This document shows, piece by piece, positions 18,195 through 28,435 of a stretch of DNA of 64,000 nucleotides. The position numbers were made by a program, and so were the translations under genes. The notes under the pieces were generated by a model. It worked only from the letters and a program-made list of their open reading frames with translations, had not been told where the DNA came from and searched no databases. The DNA is from a virus: IMG/VR virus record IMGVR_UViG_3300020410_000948, positions 1 to 64,000 of that record; one strand, written 5' to 3'. Numbering within the stretch: the first letter of the stretch is position 1; each line of letters starts with the position of its first letter.

Positions 18195-18533
18195 ATGAAT
18201 AACTGCAACTTTGTAGGTAGACTAGCATCTGATGTAGAATTAAAAGATGTAGGATCTACTAAACTGGCAATATTTTCAATAGCTGTGGAAGAGCATAGAA
18301 AAGACAAAGAAGGAAACAAGAAGAAAAGAGTTGACTTTTTTGAGTTCGAGGCTTGGGATACGGGAGCTATAACAATACAGAAAATGTGCAAAAAGGGTGA
18401 TATGATAGCGGTTCAATGCTGTGCCAGACAACAAAAATGGACAGACTCTGAGGGTAAGTCAAAACAAAAAGTAAATTTTAGAATGCAAAGCTTTAAGGTG
18501 TTTCATGGAAAAGAACCCAGTGATGAAAAATGA
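18195..18533 (+). CDS. ssb: single-stranded DNA-binding protein (OB fold)
   Basis: MNNCNFVGRLASDVELK, FSIAV, DFFEFEAW, KKGDMIAV. Confidence 0.9.
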   Translation: MNNCNFVGRLASDVELKDVGSTKLAIFSIAVEEHRKDKEGNKKKRVDFFEFEAWDTGAITIQKMCKKGDMIAVQCCARQQKWTDSEGKSKQKVNFRMQSFKVFHGKEPSDEK

Positions 18534-18984
18534 TGACCTGAGTCTAGAGGCTAATTTAGAGATAATTATTTATCTAGTTACTCAATTTAGCGACTCTACA
18601 GATTCATATGAATTTGAGGACTTACTACAGGTGGCATATTTAGGCGCATTAAAAGCTATAAGGAGTTACGATGAAGAGATAGGGCCTCTAAAGCCCTACG
18701 TATTTTCTTGCGTAAGAAATCACCTACTCAGATTTCTGAAGAGCGAGAGGAGATGGTCTGAGTCGGTAGAATTAATTTCAAATATTTCTCCTAAATACAA
18801 TGACGACCATACTTTCATGGAATTCAAAAACGTGATAGATAATACAAAAAAGCTATTACCTTTAGAAAAAAACCTGCTCCATATGAAAGTTCTAGGCCTT
18901 TCGAGAAAAGAGATTTGTGACAATCTTAATCTTACAAGGAATGAATATTATAACTTTATGTACTCAGGACTAGGTAAAATCTAA
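18505..18984 (+). CDS. sigma70-family RNA polymerase sigma factor (compact)
   Basis: Region 2 FEDLLQVAYLGALKAIRSYD...PYVFSCVRNHL; region 4 LLPLEK...GLSRKEICDNLNL. The start may be at 18523. Confidence 0.8.
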   Translation: MEKNPVMKNDDLSLEANLEIIIYLVTQFSDSTDSYEFEDLLQVAYLGALKAIRSYDEEIGPLKPYVFSCVRNHLLRFLKSERRWSESVELISNISPKYNDDHTFMEFKNVIDNTKKLLPLEKNLLHMKVLGLSRKEICDNLNLTRNEYYNFMYSGLGKI

Positions 18985-18987
18985 AGC

Positions 18988-20655
18988 ATGAGAAGAAAAA
19001 AAATACTAATATGTACAGAAGCTCACTGGCTTCCTACTGGCTACTCTGTGTATACCAAAGAGGTTTTAAGTAGACTTAGCAGAAACCCTAATTTTGAAAT
19101 AGTTGAGTTAGCCTGCTATGTCACACAACAAGAGGCTGATGGCCAAAACGTACCTTGGAAAATTATAGCTAATCAACCACTAAAAAATGGCCCGGAGTGG
19201 GAACTATATAAATCAAGTCCTTCTAGTGAATTCGGGGAATTCAGGCTTAACGAAACTTTGATTGATTTTATGCCAGATTTTGTTATGGATATAAGAGACT
19301 GGTGGATGTTGGAGTTCGTTGGTCGCACCCTTTTCCGAGATTTCTTTCAATGGGCAATAATGCCGGCTGTTGACGCTCGTCCTCAAAACAAACAATGGAT
19401 AGACACGTACTCATCCGCAGATGCAGTATTTGCATATTCTGAGTTTGGTAGGGATGTATTGCTAGGGCAGTCGGATGGAATGAATTTTATAGATGTAGCA
19501 TCACCTTGCGCAAGTCCTGTTTTTCATCCACCGGAGAGCAAAAGTGAACACAAGAAGCTCGGAGGTATAGATCCAGATTCTTTCGTTATAGGCACGGTAA
19601 TGAGAAACCAAAGGAGAAAGCTCTACCCAGACTTATTTGAAGTATTCGCAAACTTCTTAGATGCAACCAAAGCAAACAACGCCTACTTATATTGCCACAC
19701 CGCTTATCCAGATTTAGGCTGGGAAATACCGCAACTTCTTCATGAATACGGTATCGGAGACAGGGTATTATTTACATACAGATGTAAAAAATGTGGCACA
19801 ATTACCCCAAAGCTATTCAGCGACGTAATATCTCACTGCTCTCACTGCGGAAGCTACGAATCTCAGATGATTGGAATAAATAACAAAGCAACTGAAGAGG
19901 ATCTAGCGGAGGTCTATAGGTTATTCGATGTATATATTCAGTATGCTAATAGCGAAGGTTTTGGGATGCCTCAACTAGAGGCAACCAGTACTGGATTACC
20001 CTTGATAACGGTTGATTATTCAGCGATGGAGTCGGTGGGAAATAAGATTGGTGCATTCAAAGTTCCTGTCATGAAACTACACACCGAGTGTGAAACTGGA
20101 TGCTTACGAGCTATACCAGACAATGATGCAGCAATGTTGTATCTCATGAAACTTTATTCGCTTGGGAATGAGGCTGTGGTTGATTCCGGCGAAAGAATGA
20201 GACAGGCAACGTTAGAAAACTATAGTTGGGATACGACGGCACAGAAGTGGGGTGACTATTTTGATAGAACTCCCGTGCTTGATCTGAAGAAAACATGGCT
20301 TTCGCCATCAAGAGTGTTCATGCCCGCTAAAGAAATACCAGCGAATCTAAAGTCGGTCAAAGACCAAGTTGACTTTTTATTTACTGATGTTCTTGGTCGT
20401 CCAGAGTGGATAGGTAATTATTTTTGGAAGAGAACCGTCAGAGATCTGACTTATAAAAGCACAATGGCCAGCACTGCTGTTGACTTTCATTTTAGTGAAT
20501 CTCATACTGGCTCTCATGATGTAAGGGCTTGGAGTCGCTTTACTTTACAGGATGCCCACGAAAGCTTTCTAAAGGCGGCAGAAGTAAACAATCAGTGGGA
20601 ACGCTATCGTCTAAAAAAAGTTGAAGCTATAATGTCTGGAGGAGTCAGCAGATAA
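18988..20655 (+). CDS. GT4 (GT-B) glycosyltransferase with zinc-ribbon insert
   Basis: TGYS, VMRNQRRK, EGFGMPQLEA; internal CKKC...CSHC. Confidence 0.85.
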   Translation: MRRKKILICTEAHWLPTGYSVYTKEVLSRLSRNPNFEIVELACYVTQQEADGQNVPWKIIANQPLKNGPEWELYKSSPSSEFGEFRLNETLIDFMPDFVMDIRDWWMLEFVGRTLFRDFFQWAIMPAVDARPQNKQWIDTYSSADAVFAYSEFGRDVLLGQSDGMNFIDVASPCASPVFHPPESKSEHKKLGGIDPDSFVIGTVMRNQRRKLYPDLFEVFANFLDATKANNAYLYCHTAYPDLGWEIPQLLHEYGIGDRVLFTYRCKKCGTITPKLFSDVISHCSHCGSYESQMIGINNKATEEDLAEVYRLFDVYIQYANSEGFGMPQLEATSTGLPLITVDYSAMESVGNKIGAFKVPVMKLHTECETGCLRAIPDNDAAMLYLMKLYSLGNEAVVDSGERMRQATLENYSWDTTAQKWGDYFDRTPVLDLKKTWLSPSRVFMPAKEIPANLKSVKDQVDFLFTDVLGRPEWIGNYFWKRTVRDLTYKSTMASTAVDFHFSESHTGSHDVRAWSRFTLQDAHESFLKAAEVNNQWERYRLKKVEAIMSGGVSR

Positions 20656-21764
20656 TGAAGGTATTATATATAGGAAATTATAACGACCAGACAGGCTGGG
20701 GAGATGCGGCATTGAATAATATTCTTGCTCTGGACTCCGCAGGTGTAGATGTTGTTCCTCGATCCATAACATTTAATAATTCACACTCTGCTACTGATCC
20801 AAGAATTAAACAGCTCGAACTTAATAGCACAAAAGGTTGCGATATATGCATACAGCACACATTGCCTTCTCTTTACTCTTATCATCAAGGCCTTAAAAAT
20901 ATAGGTGTATTTTATACTGAAACTTTGACTTTTACTGAAAGCATGTGGCACAAGCATATAAACCTACTGGATGAGGCATGGGTTGCCAATAATCAAATGG
21001 TAGAAGCATGTCAGAAAAGCTTGATTGATATCCCAGTAAATATTGCTCCCCTCTCCTTAGATATGGCTGAATATGGATATGTCGAAGACTGCGCATCTAT
21101 GGACAATATCGACTCAACTTTTAACTTCTGTTTTGTTGGTGAAATGATACATCGCAAAAACATCGAGGGATTACTCAGGGCTTTTCATACAGAGTTTCAT
21201 CCCTCTGAGCCGGTCAACCTCTTTATAAAAGTAACAAAATCTGGATATAATTCTCAGGATGCCTTGACTTATTTCGAGGGAATGTCAGAGCATGTTAGAA
21301 GAAGTCTAAAAATTAGAAACGAGTACAAAGATGAAGTCGTTGTGTCTGGACATCTAGACAAGAGGCATTTAAAATCATTAATGTCAAAGTGTGACTGTTT
21401 TGTCATGCCTAGTTTTGGGGAGGCTTGGTGCATACCGGCGTTAGAAGCCATGGCCTTATCTATGCCTGTCATATATACTAAAGGTACTGGCATGGACGAC
21501 TTTTGTTATGGCTGGGCGATTGATTCTAAACCAGCTCCATGTTATGGCGCTACAGACTCTCTTGGTGGACTATATACATCAAATACTAAATGGGTTGAGC
21601 CGGACATTGAATCGCTAGCTTCATGCATGAGAGTTGCATTTGAAACCCATAAAAACTCTCCACAGAAATATGCTGAAATGCAGCAGAATGCAAAGAGTTG
21701 TGCTGTAAAATACGACCGTCTATCCATAGGTAGAAAACTAAAGGAGTTGCTACAAAATGGCTAA
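20655..21764 (+). CDS. GT4 glycosyltransferase
   Basis: RKNIEGLLRAF, DCFVMPSFGEAWCIPALEAMA. Confidence 0.88.
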   Translation: MKVLYIGNYNDQTGWGDAALNNILALDSAGVDVVPRSITFNNSHSATDPRIKQLELNSTKGCDICIQHTLPSLYSYHQGLKNIGVFYTETLTFTESMWHKHINLLDEAWVANNQMVEACQKSLIDIPVNIAPLSLDMAEYGYVEDCASMDNIDSTFNFCFVGEMIHRKNIEGLLRAFHTEFHPSEPVNLFIKVTKSGYNSQDALTYFEGMSEHVRRSLKIRNEYKDEVVVSGHLDKRHLKSLMSKCDCFVMPSFGEAWCIPALEAMALSMPVIYTKGTGMDDFCYGWAIDSKPAPCYGATDSLGGLYTSNTKWVEPDIESLASCMRVAFETHKNSPQKYAEMQQNAKSCAVKYDRLSIGRKLKELLQNG

Positions 21765-22788
21765 CGCTACCCAACAAGCTATAAGATCTATAATTAGAAG
21801 ATCTCAGCTTACACCTCAGAAAAAGCTGAACATCCTAACCTTTTGCACACACGAAAGATATGAGCAAAATCTGTGCAAGACAGGCCATAATTTCTATTCT
21901 ATTATTCAAGGAAAGACTTGGAACAAAGATTTTGGCATCATACCTAATAATTATCACGAAATAGATGTATTGCCTTGGCATATTCCGTTTGATTTGATCT
22001 TATGTCATACTAGCTGTGACAGGCTTACTACAGCAAAAAAGATTCAAGCCATGTACAATATACCTATAATTAGGCATACTCATGTACTACCGGACGTAAG
22101 ATATAACACAGAGAATCAAATATATTCATTCAATGGTATTGACGTAGAACACAATAGCTTTATATCTAATTACAATAGATCTGCTTGGTCTTGCGTGGGG
22201 GAAAACACTTCTTTTATAGAGCATGGAATTGATTGTAACTTCTGGGCTGACAGCTCCAATGATAAGGAAGAGCGAGATAATGTCTGTATCTCCGTAGTTA
22301 ATCAATGGCCAAATAGAGATTGGTGTTGTGGTTGGGAATTGTGGAAGCAAACAGTAGGATTTTCAGAAGGAACCATGCAATCTTCCTTGCCTGTAAGAGT
22401 TCTTGGCGATAGTCCCGGACTATCCGAACCTGCTCCAAGCATAGAGGCGCTGAGAGACTCATACAGAGCCTCATCTATCTTTTTGAATACTTCACTTCAT
22501 TCGCCTGTCCCTACCGTTCTGATGGAGGCTATGGCGTCTGGTTGCGCGATAGTGAGCACTAATAATTGCATGATCCCTGAAATCATAACGCACGGTGAGA
22601 ACGGTTTGCTTGCGGATACCGCAGATGAGCTACGCGCATCTTGCGAGTATCTGCTTAACAATCCAGACGAAGCGAGAAAGCTGGGACAAAATGCACAAGA
22701 CACAATACAAGAAAAGTACAATCTAGAAAGATTCGTATATAATTGGAATGAACTATTTTTTGGAACAATAGATAATTATAGGAAATAG
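21757..22788 (+). CDS. GT4 glycosyltransferase
   Basis: FLNTSLHSPVPTVLMEAMASGCAIV, EIITHGENGLL. Confidence 0.88.
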   Translation: MANATQQAIRSIIRRSQLTPQKKLNILTFCTHERYEQNLCKTGHNFYSIIQGKTWNKDFGIIPNNYHEIDVLPWHIPFDLILCHTSCDRLTTAKKIQAMYNIPIIRHTHVLPDVRYNTENQIYSFNGIDVEHNSFISNYNRSAWSCVGENTSFIEHGIDCNFWADSSNDKEERDNVCISVVNQWPNRDWCCGWELWKQTVGFSEGTMQSSLPVRVLGDSPGLSEPAPSIEALRDSYRASSIFLNTSLHSPVPTVLMEAMASGCAIVSTNNCMIPEIITHGENGLLADTADELRASCEYLLNNPDEARKLGQNAQDTIQEKYNLERFVYNWNELFFGTIDNYRK

Positions 22789-22790
22789 CA

Positions 22791-23213
22791 ATGAGAATTA
22801 TACTCTCTAATACAGAGCCGACTTTAAAAAATTACACTTGGGTTAAAGACATTTCTTCTTTGGATGAAATCGTAGACGATGCAGAAGCTACTGAGATCCT
22901 AGTTGATAACTTTTTATCCTCTTTTAACTTTTCATTCGCTGGAGAAGCGCTAAAAAAAATACTATCTAAGTTGAGAACTAGAGGGACTATCACAATTTAT
23001 GTCAAGGATATTTCTTTGATCTGTCACAATGTATCGTCCCTTGCTTTAGATATATCAGATATAAATTCGCTGTTCTTTGAAGATAGCCAAGCTATAGCTT
23101 CTGTTCTGAATTTATCAAATGTAAGTGATATTTTAACGCAGTGCGGACTAACAGTAAAAGAAAAGCACTTAAATGTGGAAACATGTCAGGGTATTATTGT
23201 AGCTGAGAGGTAA
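22791..23213 (+). CDS. degenerate methyltransferase-like protein
   Basis: EILVDNFLSSF...LSKLRTRGTITIYVKD parallels LIYASHVLEYF...RVLKKGGVLRIAVPD of 33342-33893; no GxG motif. Confidence 0.55.
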   Translation: MRIILSNTEPTLKNYTWVKDISSLDEIVDDAEATEILVDNFLSSFNFSFAGEALKKILSKLRTRGTITIYVKDISLICHNVSSLALDISDINSLFFEDSQAIASVLNLSNVSDILTQCGLTVKEKHLNVETCQGIIVAER

Positions 23214-23216
23214 AAC

Positions 23217-24065
23217 ATGGAAGATTCAGAACAACAGAACAACAACCAAATTGAGATGCGTTGCAAAGGGTGTGTATTCATGACAAATATACAGCAGGGA
23301 TCATCAACCAAACAGGTTGGGTGCCGGCTGGGTAGATCGGATGTATTATGCCCAGACTCCACAGGAGATACAGATGAAGATGGAAACTTCAGCTTTGTTT
23401 TCGATAGATTTTGTAACTGCTATAGGCCAGAAGCTTGGGCTGATCTAATAGGCGAGAATGCTATACAAGAAGAAGAAGTTCTCAAAGAAGTCGTGCCTCG
23501 TATTGGATTGTTTTTGATATTTGATAAATCATTCAAGAAGGAGGGCATACCTAAATTTTTGGAAACCATCCGAGACGTTAAGTCACAGACGCTATCAAAG
23601 TTTAGATACGTTGTCGTTATAAATTCCGATGTCGCCTATAATGAAGAAATACAGAGTGTCTTAGCTGATAGCTTTGATTTTAAGGAAACTGAGTATCACC
23701 TAATTCAGGTGTTATCGGAGGACGTTGAATTACATCATCTAGATGACGCCATTTCTTTTGCTAAAAATGGTTGGGTTTTAGTCACAACTATAGGTCAAGA
23801 GATACCTCATGACTTTATTGAAAAAATGAACAACAGAATAAATAGAGACCTTCTTCGCACGGCAATTATCAAGCCGTATGATGGCTTAAATGGACTTGTG
23901 TTTCAAAGCAGCTTGTATAAGTATCTTGACGGCAATAGAAAAGTCATCAATTCAAAAACAGGAGAAGAAATGCCTTTTAGTTTTGTTGATCGTGTTGAAG
24001 GAATGGAACAAAGTGATCCAAATATCATATGTAGCTGGGAGGATTTCATAAATGGAACTTCCTAA
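23217..24065 (+). CDS. hypothetical protein, Cys-cluster N-terminus plus possible GT-A-like domain
   Basis: CKGC...C...C...FCNC N-terminus; located in the glycan locus. Confidence 0.55.
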   Translation: MEDSEQQNNNQIEMRCKGCVFMTNIQQGSSTKQVGCRLGRSDVLCPDSTGDTDEDGNFSFVFDRFCNCYRPEAWADLIGENAIQEEEVLKEVVPRIGLFLIFDKSFKKEGIPKFLETIRDVKSQTLSKFRYVVVINSDVAYNEEIQSVLADSFDFKETEYHLIQVLSEDVELHHLDDAISFAKNGWVLVTTIGQEIPHDFIEKMNNRINRDLLRTAIIKPYDGLNGLVFQSSLYKYLDGNRKVINSKTGEEMPFSFVDRVEGMEQSDPNIICSWEDFINGTS

Positions 24066-24867
24066 TGTTGCTGTTGTAATTTCAAACTACAACTATGGAG
24101 ATTATGTATTAGATGCTATAGATAGTGCGCTCAAGCAGGACTATGAAGGCGAAGTGCGTGTATATGTGATAGATGACGGTTCTTCCGACGGGTCTTATGA
24201 AAAGTTATTAACTTACGCAGGTGAAGACGTATCGTCCGTAACAGATAGACATCAGGTAACAAGACCATACTATAGTGGAGAGATGGAATTGTTTCAATGC
24301 AGCGACTTAAATCTGTGGTGCTATCGTATCGAAAATTCCGGAGCTAGTACAGCCCGAAACGTAGCGATATGGGAGGCTTGGCAGTGGGCCGATGTGTTTG
24401 CTATTCTCGATGCAGATGATACATATCGCAGTGACAAAGTGCGAAAGCAAGTTAAAAAGCTTACGCAACATGAAGAGGTTGGAGTTACCTACTCAGATTA
24501 TATAATTCACAAGACCTACAACGATAACGATTATTCTAAGTATGAATACAAGTATCCTTATTGTAGAAAAGAACTTGACAACCAATGTATAGTTCATAGT
24601 GCAGGACTTATCAAAAAAGAGTATCTAGAAATGATAGTTTTGCCAAATAAAGAGTTCTATGATAGTAGGCTACATGGGCCGGGAAGCAAAGCTTTTATAG
24701 GATGTACTGAAGACTATGATTTGTGGTTGAGGCTTTCCAAACATTGTATTATAACACATATCCCAGAACCTCTTTCTTTTGTTCGTGAAACCGGACAGAA
24801 CCAGTCTATGAAAATGACCTCAGATATATTTCAAGAAAATGCTAAAATTTTGAGGGAAAATGTCTAG
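24052..24867 (+). CDS. GT2 glycosyltransferase
   Basis: VVISNYNYG, VIDDGSSDGS, GASTARN, LDADD, EDYDLWLR. Confidence 0.92.
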   Translation: MELPNVAVVISNYNYGDYVLDAIDSALKQDYEGEVRVYVIDDGSSDGSYEKLLTYAGEDVSSVTDRHQVTRPYYSGEMELFQCSDLNLWCYRIENSGASTARNVAIWEAWQWADVFAILDADDTYRSDKVRKQVKKLTQHEEVGVTYSDYIIHKTYNDNDYSKYEYKYPYCRKELDNQCIVHSAGLIKKEYLEMIVLPNKEFYDSRLHGPGSKAFIGCTEDYDLWLRLSKHCIITHIPEPLSFVRETGQNQSMKMTSDIFQENAKILRENV

Positions 24868-25570
24868 ATTTATTCATAAAATAAAGGGTGTTCCGAAGTC
24901 ATCTCCGGTAGCTATACTCTCGGCAGGTGTGGGCTCTAGAATCAAGTCACATGAACCTAGAGCTCTACTAAAGGTGGGAGAAACCTCGCTTTTGGAACAC
25001 CAAATATCGCTAATCAATCAAACATTTTCTAATCCTGAAATTATTGTAGGTGTAGGCTATGAACCTTGGAAGATAATGAAGAGGATAGGGCAATCAGTAA
25101 AGTTTGTTGAGAACCAGCTATATCAAACATCTGGGAGTTTTGAGACACTTAGACTTATAGTGAATAATACTAAAGATGATAATATTATTTTTTTTCACGG
25201 AGACCTTTATTTTAGGCAAGAGTTTTTTCGCAACTTAGATTATTCTAGGTCGTTTATCGTCTGTGACAATCAAGGAAACATGTCAGACAAAGAGGTTGGT
25301 GTCACCGAAAGCAGAGAAAGGGCTACTATTTTTTCTTACGGACTTGATAACAAATGGTGCCAGATTGCATTTCTCAAAGGTAAAGAAATGTCCATGTTAC
25401 GCCAAATATGTCAAAAACCAAACCAAGAAATGAAATCTTTATTGACATTTGAGATTCTTAATGCTATAATTAACAAAGGTGGCGTCTTCAACATACACTA
25501 CGCCCCACAAAACTCGATATTAGAAATTGACTCCATGAAGGATTTGAATAATGAAAATTTTAATTTCTAG
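24860..25570 (+). CDS. LicC-like nucleotidyltransferase (NTP_transf_3)
   Basis: ILSAGVGSRI...PRALL, GDL, C-terminal EIDSMKDL. Confidence 0.8.
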   Translation: MSRFIHKIKGVPKSSPVAILSAGVGSRIKSHEPRALLKVGETSLLEHQISLINQTFSNPEIIVGVGYEPWKIMKRIGQSVKFVENQLYQTSGSFETLRLIVNNTKDDNIIFFHGDLYFRQEFFRNLDYSRSFIVCDNQGNMSDKEVGVTESRERATIFSYGLDNKWCQIAFLKGKEMSMLRQICQKPNQEMKSLLTFEILNAIINKGGVFNIHYAPQNSILEIDSMKDLNNENFNF

Positions 25571-26594
25571 CGACGGCATGCACGCACACTACTTTCAAAG
25601 AGCGGCATGGCTAAAAGGATTTACTGAGGGCGGCATACAAACTCTTTTATGGGATTGCAAGAATACTCCAGCGTTTGATGTATTTGATACATTTGAGCCG
25701 GACGTTTTTTTAGGGCAGTCTTATAACTTAGATAGCGCTTTACTTAAATGTATATATGAAAGACCTCATCTTAAGGTGGGTCTCAGGGCAGGAGACTGGG
25801 GAGACTTTGAACATGACCCTAGATTCAATGTTCTGCATATATCAGAGAATGAAAAAAGAATACTGGAAAAATTAAAGAAAGAGACAGGTAAGCCAGATTT
25901 TGTACATATACACTATGCGCAAGACGCTGTAGACCAGACACACTCTTCATATAAGAATATCGGAATAGATGCTAGGTCTATTATAATGTGCGCAGATGTA
26001 CATGAGTATTCTGGAGCTTCATATGACGACTCTCTAGCCTGCGATATAGGGTTTGTTGGTGGATACTGGCCACATAAAGGTATTATAATTGATAAGTATC
26101 TTACTCCGATGTGTCACCCAGTAGGCAAATATAATATCAAGATTTTTGGCAACCAGCCTTGGCATGTGAATCAGTATTGCGGCTTTATAAAAGATAACAA
26201 AGTAAAAGATCTTTTTAAGTCAGCTAAGGTATGTCCTAACTTAAGTGAACCTCATGCACACGAGTATGGTTTTGACATTAATGAAAGATGTTTCAAAATA
26301 TTATGTGCTGGCGGCTTCTGCGTTGCTGATAATGTAACAGCAATAAGAAAAATCTTCGATGGTAACGGGGTCGTATTCGCAGAGTCACCAGAGGATTTTG
26401 TCAATAAGATAGAGTATTATATAGACAATACAGAAGAGAGAAGTTCTCTTGCTTCTTTGGGTCAAGATTTTGTGCTCTCAAATCACACAAATTTTCATAG
26501 GACTTCCGAGATATTGAACCTCTTTGGTTTGCAAGTAGACGCCACTAGGATCTTAAATAAATGGGATAGCATTAGGAATACAGCCAATGTATAA
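25551..26594 (+). CDS. CgeB-like GT-B glycosyltransferase
   Basis: DIGFVGG, KVCPNL, INERCFKILCAGGFCVAD. Confidence 0.75.
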   Translation: MKILISSDGMHAHYFQRAAWLKGFTEGGIQTLLWDCKNTPAFDVFDTFEPDVFLGQSYNLDSALLKCIYERPHLKVGLRAGDWGDFEHDPRFNVLHISENEKRILEKLKKETGKPDFVHIHYAQDAVDQTHSSYKNIGIDARSIIMCADVHEYSGASYDDSLACDIGFVGGYWPHKGIIIDKYLTPMCHPVGKYNIKIFGNQPWHVNQYCGFIKDNKVKDLFKSAKVCPNLSEPHAHEYGFDINERCFKILCAGGFCVADNVTAIRKIFDGNGVVFAESPEDFVNKIEYYIDNTEERSSLASLGQDFVLSNHTNFHRTSEILNLFGLQVDATRILNKWDSIRNTANV

Positions 26595-27546
26595 AGACAA
26601 AAAGATTTTAATAACTGGAGGTACTGGATTTCTAGGCAAGGCTGTCGTGGAAAGACTGCAGTCACAGGGCTACACAAATCTAGTCCCTAGAGGAAGATCT
26701 ATTGATCTCACATGTTGTGAAGAAACACTTGATTTTTTCAAAAGCGAAAAACCAGAAGTGGTAATCCATCTCGCAGCAACTGTCGGAGGTATTGGCGCCA
26801 ACAAAGATAATCCCGGTCTATTTATGTACAACAATTTGGTAATGGGAGCCAATACAATTGAAGCGTCTAGACTTAACAAAGTCGAGAAGTTTGTTATGGT
26901 TGGAACTGTTTGCGCTTACCCTAAGTTTACTCCCGTGCCCTTTAAAGAGGAAGACCTTTGGAATGGATACCCAGAAGAGACAAACGCGCCATATGGAATT
27001 GCAAAAAAATCACTTATGCAGCTTGTGCAATCGTATCATGAGCAGTACGATTTTAACGGGGTTAACCTCATTCCTGTTAACATGTATGGGCCTCACGATA
27101 ATTTTGACCCTGCTATAAGCCATGTAATTCCAGCACTGATATTAAAGTTTTATAAAGCCATTAAGTTTGATTTGGAATCAGTAGAAGTCTGGGGTACTGG
27201 TGAGGCGAGCAGGGAGTTCCTGCATGTACATGATTGTGCGCACGCTATTTCTTTGGCTCTTGAAAAGGATATATCTCCAGAACCGATCAATATTGGAACT
27301 GGCGGCGAAATACAGATTAAATATTTAGCGCACACAATCGCAGAAGTCATGGGCTACCAAGGAGCTATATATTTTAATTCCAATTATCCAGACGGTCAAC
27401 CGAGAAGACAATTAGACATTACTCGCGCCAGACAAAGACTAGGCTACGAACCACAGATAGATCTGCTAGAAGGTCTTGAGTCTACAGTAGACTGGTTCAT
27501 GAAAAACAAGGAGGATTTTGATGTTTACCTTAACCGTATTCAGTAA
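26587..27546 (+). CDS. fcl: GDP-L-fucose synthase
   Basis: GGTGFLG, HLAATVGGIGAN, TVCAYPK, YGIAK, NMYGPHDNF, HVIPAL, WGTGEASREFL, PDGQPRR. Confidence 0.93.
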   Translation: MYKDKKILITGGTGFLGKAVVERLQSQGYTNLVPRGRSIDLTCCEETLDFFKSEKPEVVIHLAATVGGIGANKDNPGLFMYNNLVMGANTIEASRLNKVEKFVMVGTVCAYPKFTPVPFKEEDLWNGYPEETNAPYGIAKKSLMQLVQSYHEQYDFNGVNLIPVNMYGPHDNFDPAISHVIPALILKFYKAIKFDLESVEVWGTGEASREFLHVHDCAHAISLALEKDISPEPINIGTGGEIQIKYLAHTIAEVMGYQGAIYFNSNYPDGQPRRQLDITRARQRLGYEPQIDLLEGLESTVDWFMKNKEDFDVYLNRIQ

Positions 27547-28435
27547 GGATAGAGCGCTACAGCTTGACCTTACACTAAATAGCGTCAAAGAAAATCTGCC
27601 CTTCTTCGACAATATAGTTGTTTTGTATAATATTTCATCACCCTTATTTCATAAAGGTTATGAGATACTGATGAAGCAACATCCTGATGTAAAGTTCATC
27701 CGTCAAAAGGGTAGCATATTTAGGAATGTGTCGTCTATAATTGATGACTGTGGCACCGAATACTTTTGTATGTGTACAGACGATATGATAGCCTACACCT
27801 CTTATAGAAGTAGCGTAAATATACATAAGGCATTTCAAACACCTCTACCCCATGAAGCTGGACACACTATAAATATAGCTGTTTTTTCTTTGAGGAATGG
27901 GCGAAACATAACAAAAAGAAATTCAGCAGCAGTGAGAAGCACAATGCCTGATCACATGCCTCTTTTCCTAAGTGATGGTGATACTGACTGCATTTACTGG
28001 AGTTGGACAAGTATTCCATATGGAGGTTATTGGGGATATCCGTTATCTACTGACGGGCATATATATAAGACTAAAACAATAGGTAATGTATTTGAGGAAC
28101 TTGTAGTCTTAGACAAATACTACTCAATGAAGGGAATTCCAAGAGCAAAGAGTGCTTGGCCCCAAACGCCAAACGTAATAGAAAGTAAGATGCAAAGATC
28201 CATTTATGATCTTGAAACAGTCTGTGCATGTCCTCCTCGCAGCTGCTTTGTAAATAGTCCTAATAATAGAGTTCAAGATGTGGCTACGAACTCTCATGGA
28301 GACAGGTACTCTTATAGTCAGCAGGATTTGAATGACAAATTTTTAGATGGAGCTAGGATAGATTTAAGTAAACTTCATTTTGGTTTTATTGAGTGTCCAC
28401 ATACAGAGATAGACATATTAGAGGGTTTAGTATGA
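27518..28435 (+). CDS. putative GT-A fold glycosyltransferase
   Basis: FSKDRALQLD N-terminus, TDD motif, WGYPLSTDGHIY. Confidence 0.6.
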   Translation: MMFTLTVFSKDRALQLDLTLNSVKENLPFFDNIVVLYNISSPLFHKGYEILMKQHPDVKFIRQKGSIFRNVSSIIDDCGTEYFCMCTDDMIAYTSYRSSVNIHKAFQTPLPHEAGHTINIAVFSLRNGRNITKRNSAAVRSTMPDHMPLFLSDGDTDCIYWSWTSIPYGGYWGYPLSTDGHIYKTKTIGNVFEELVVLDKYYSMKGIPRAKSAWPQTPNVIESKMQRSIYDLETVCACPPRSCFVNSPNNRVQDVATNSHGDRYSYSQQDLNDKFLDGARIDLSKLHFGFIECPHTEIDILEGLV

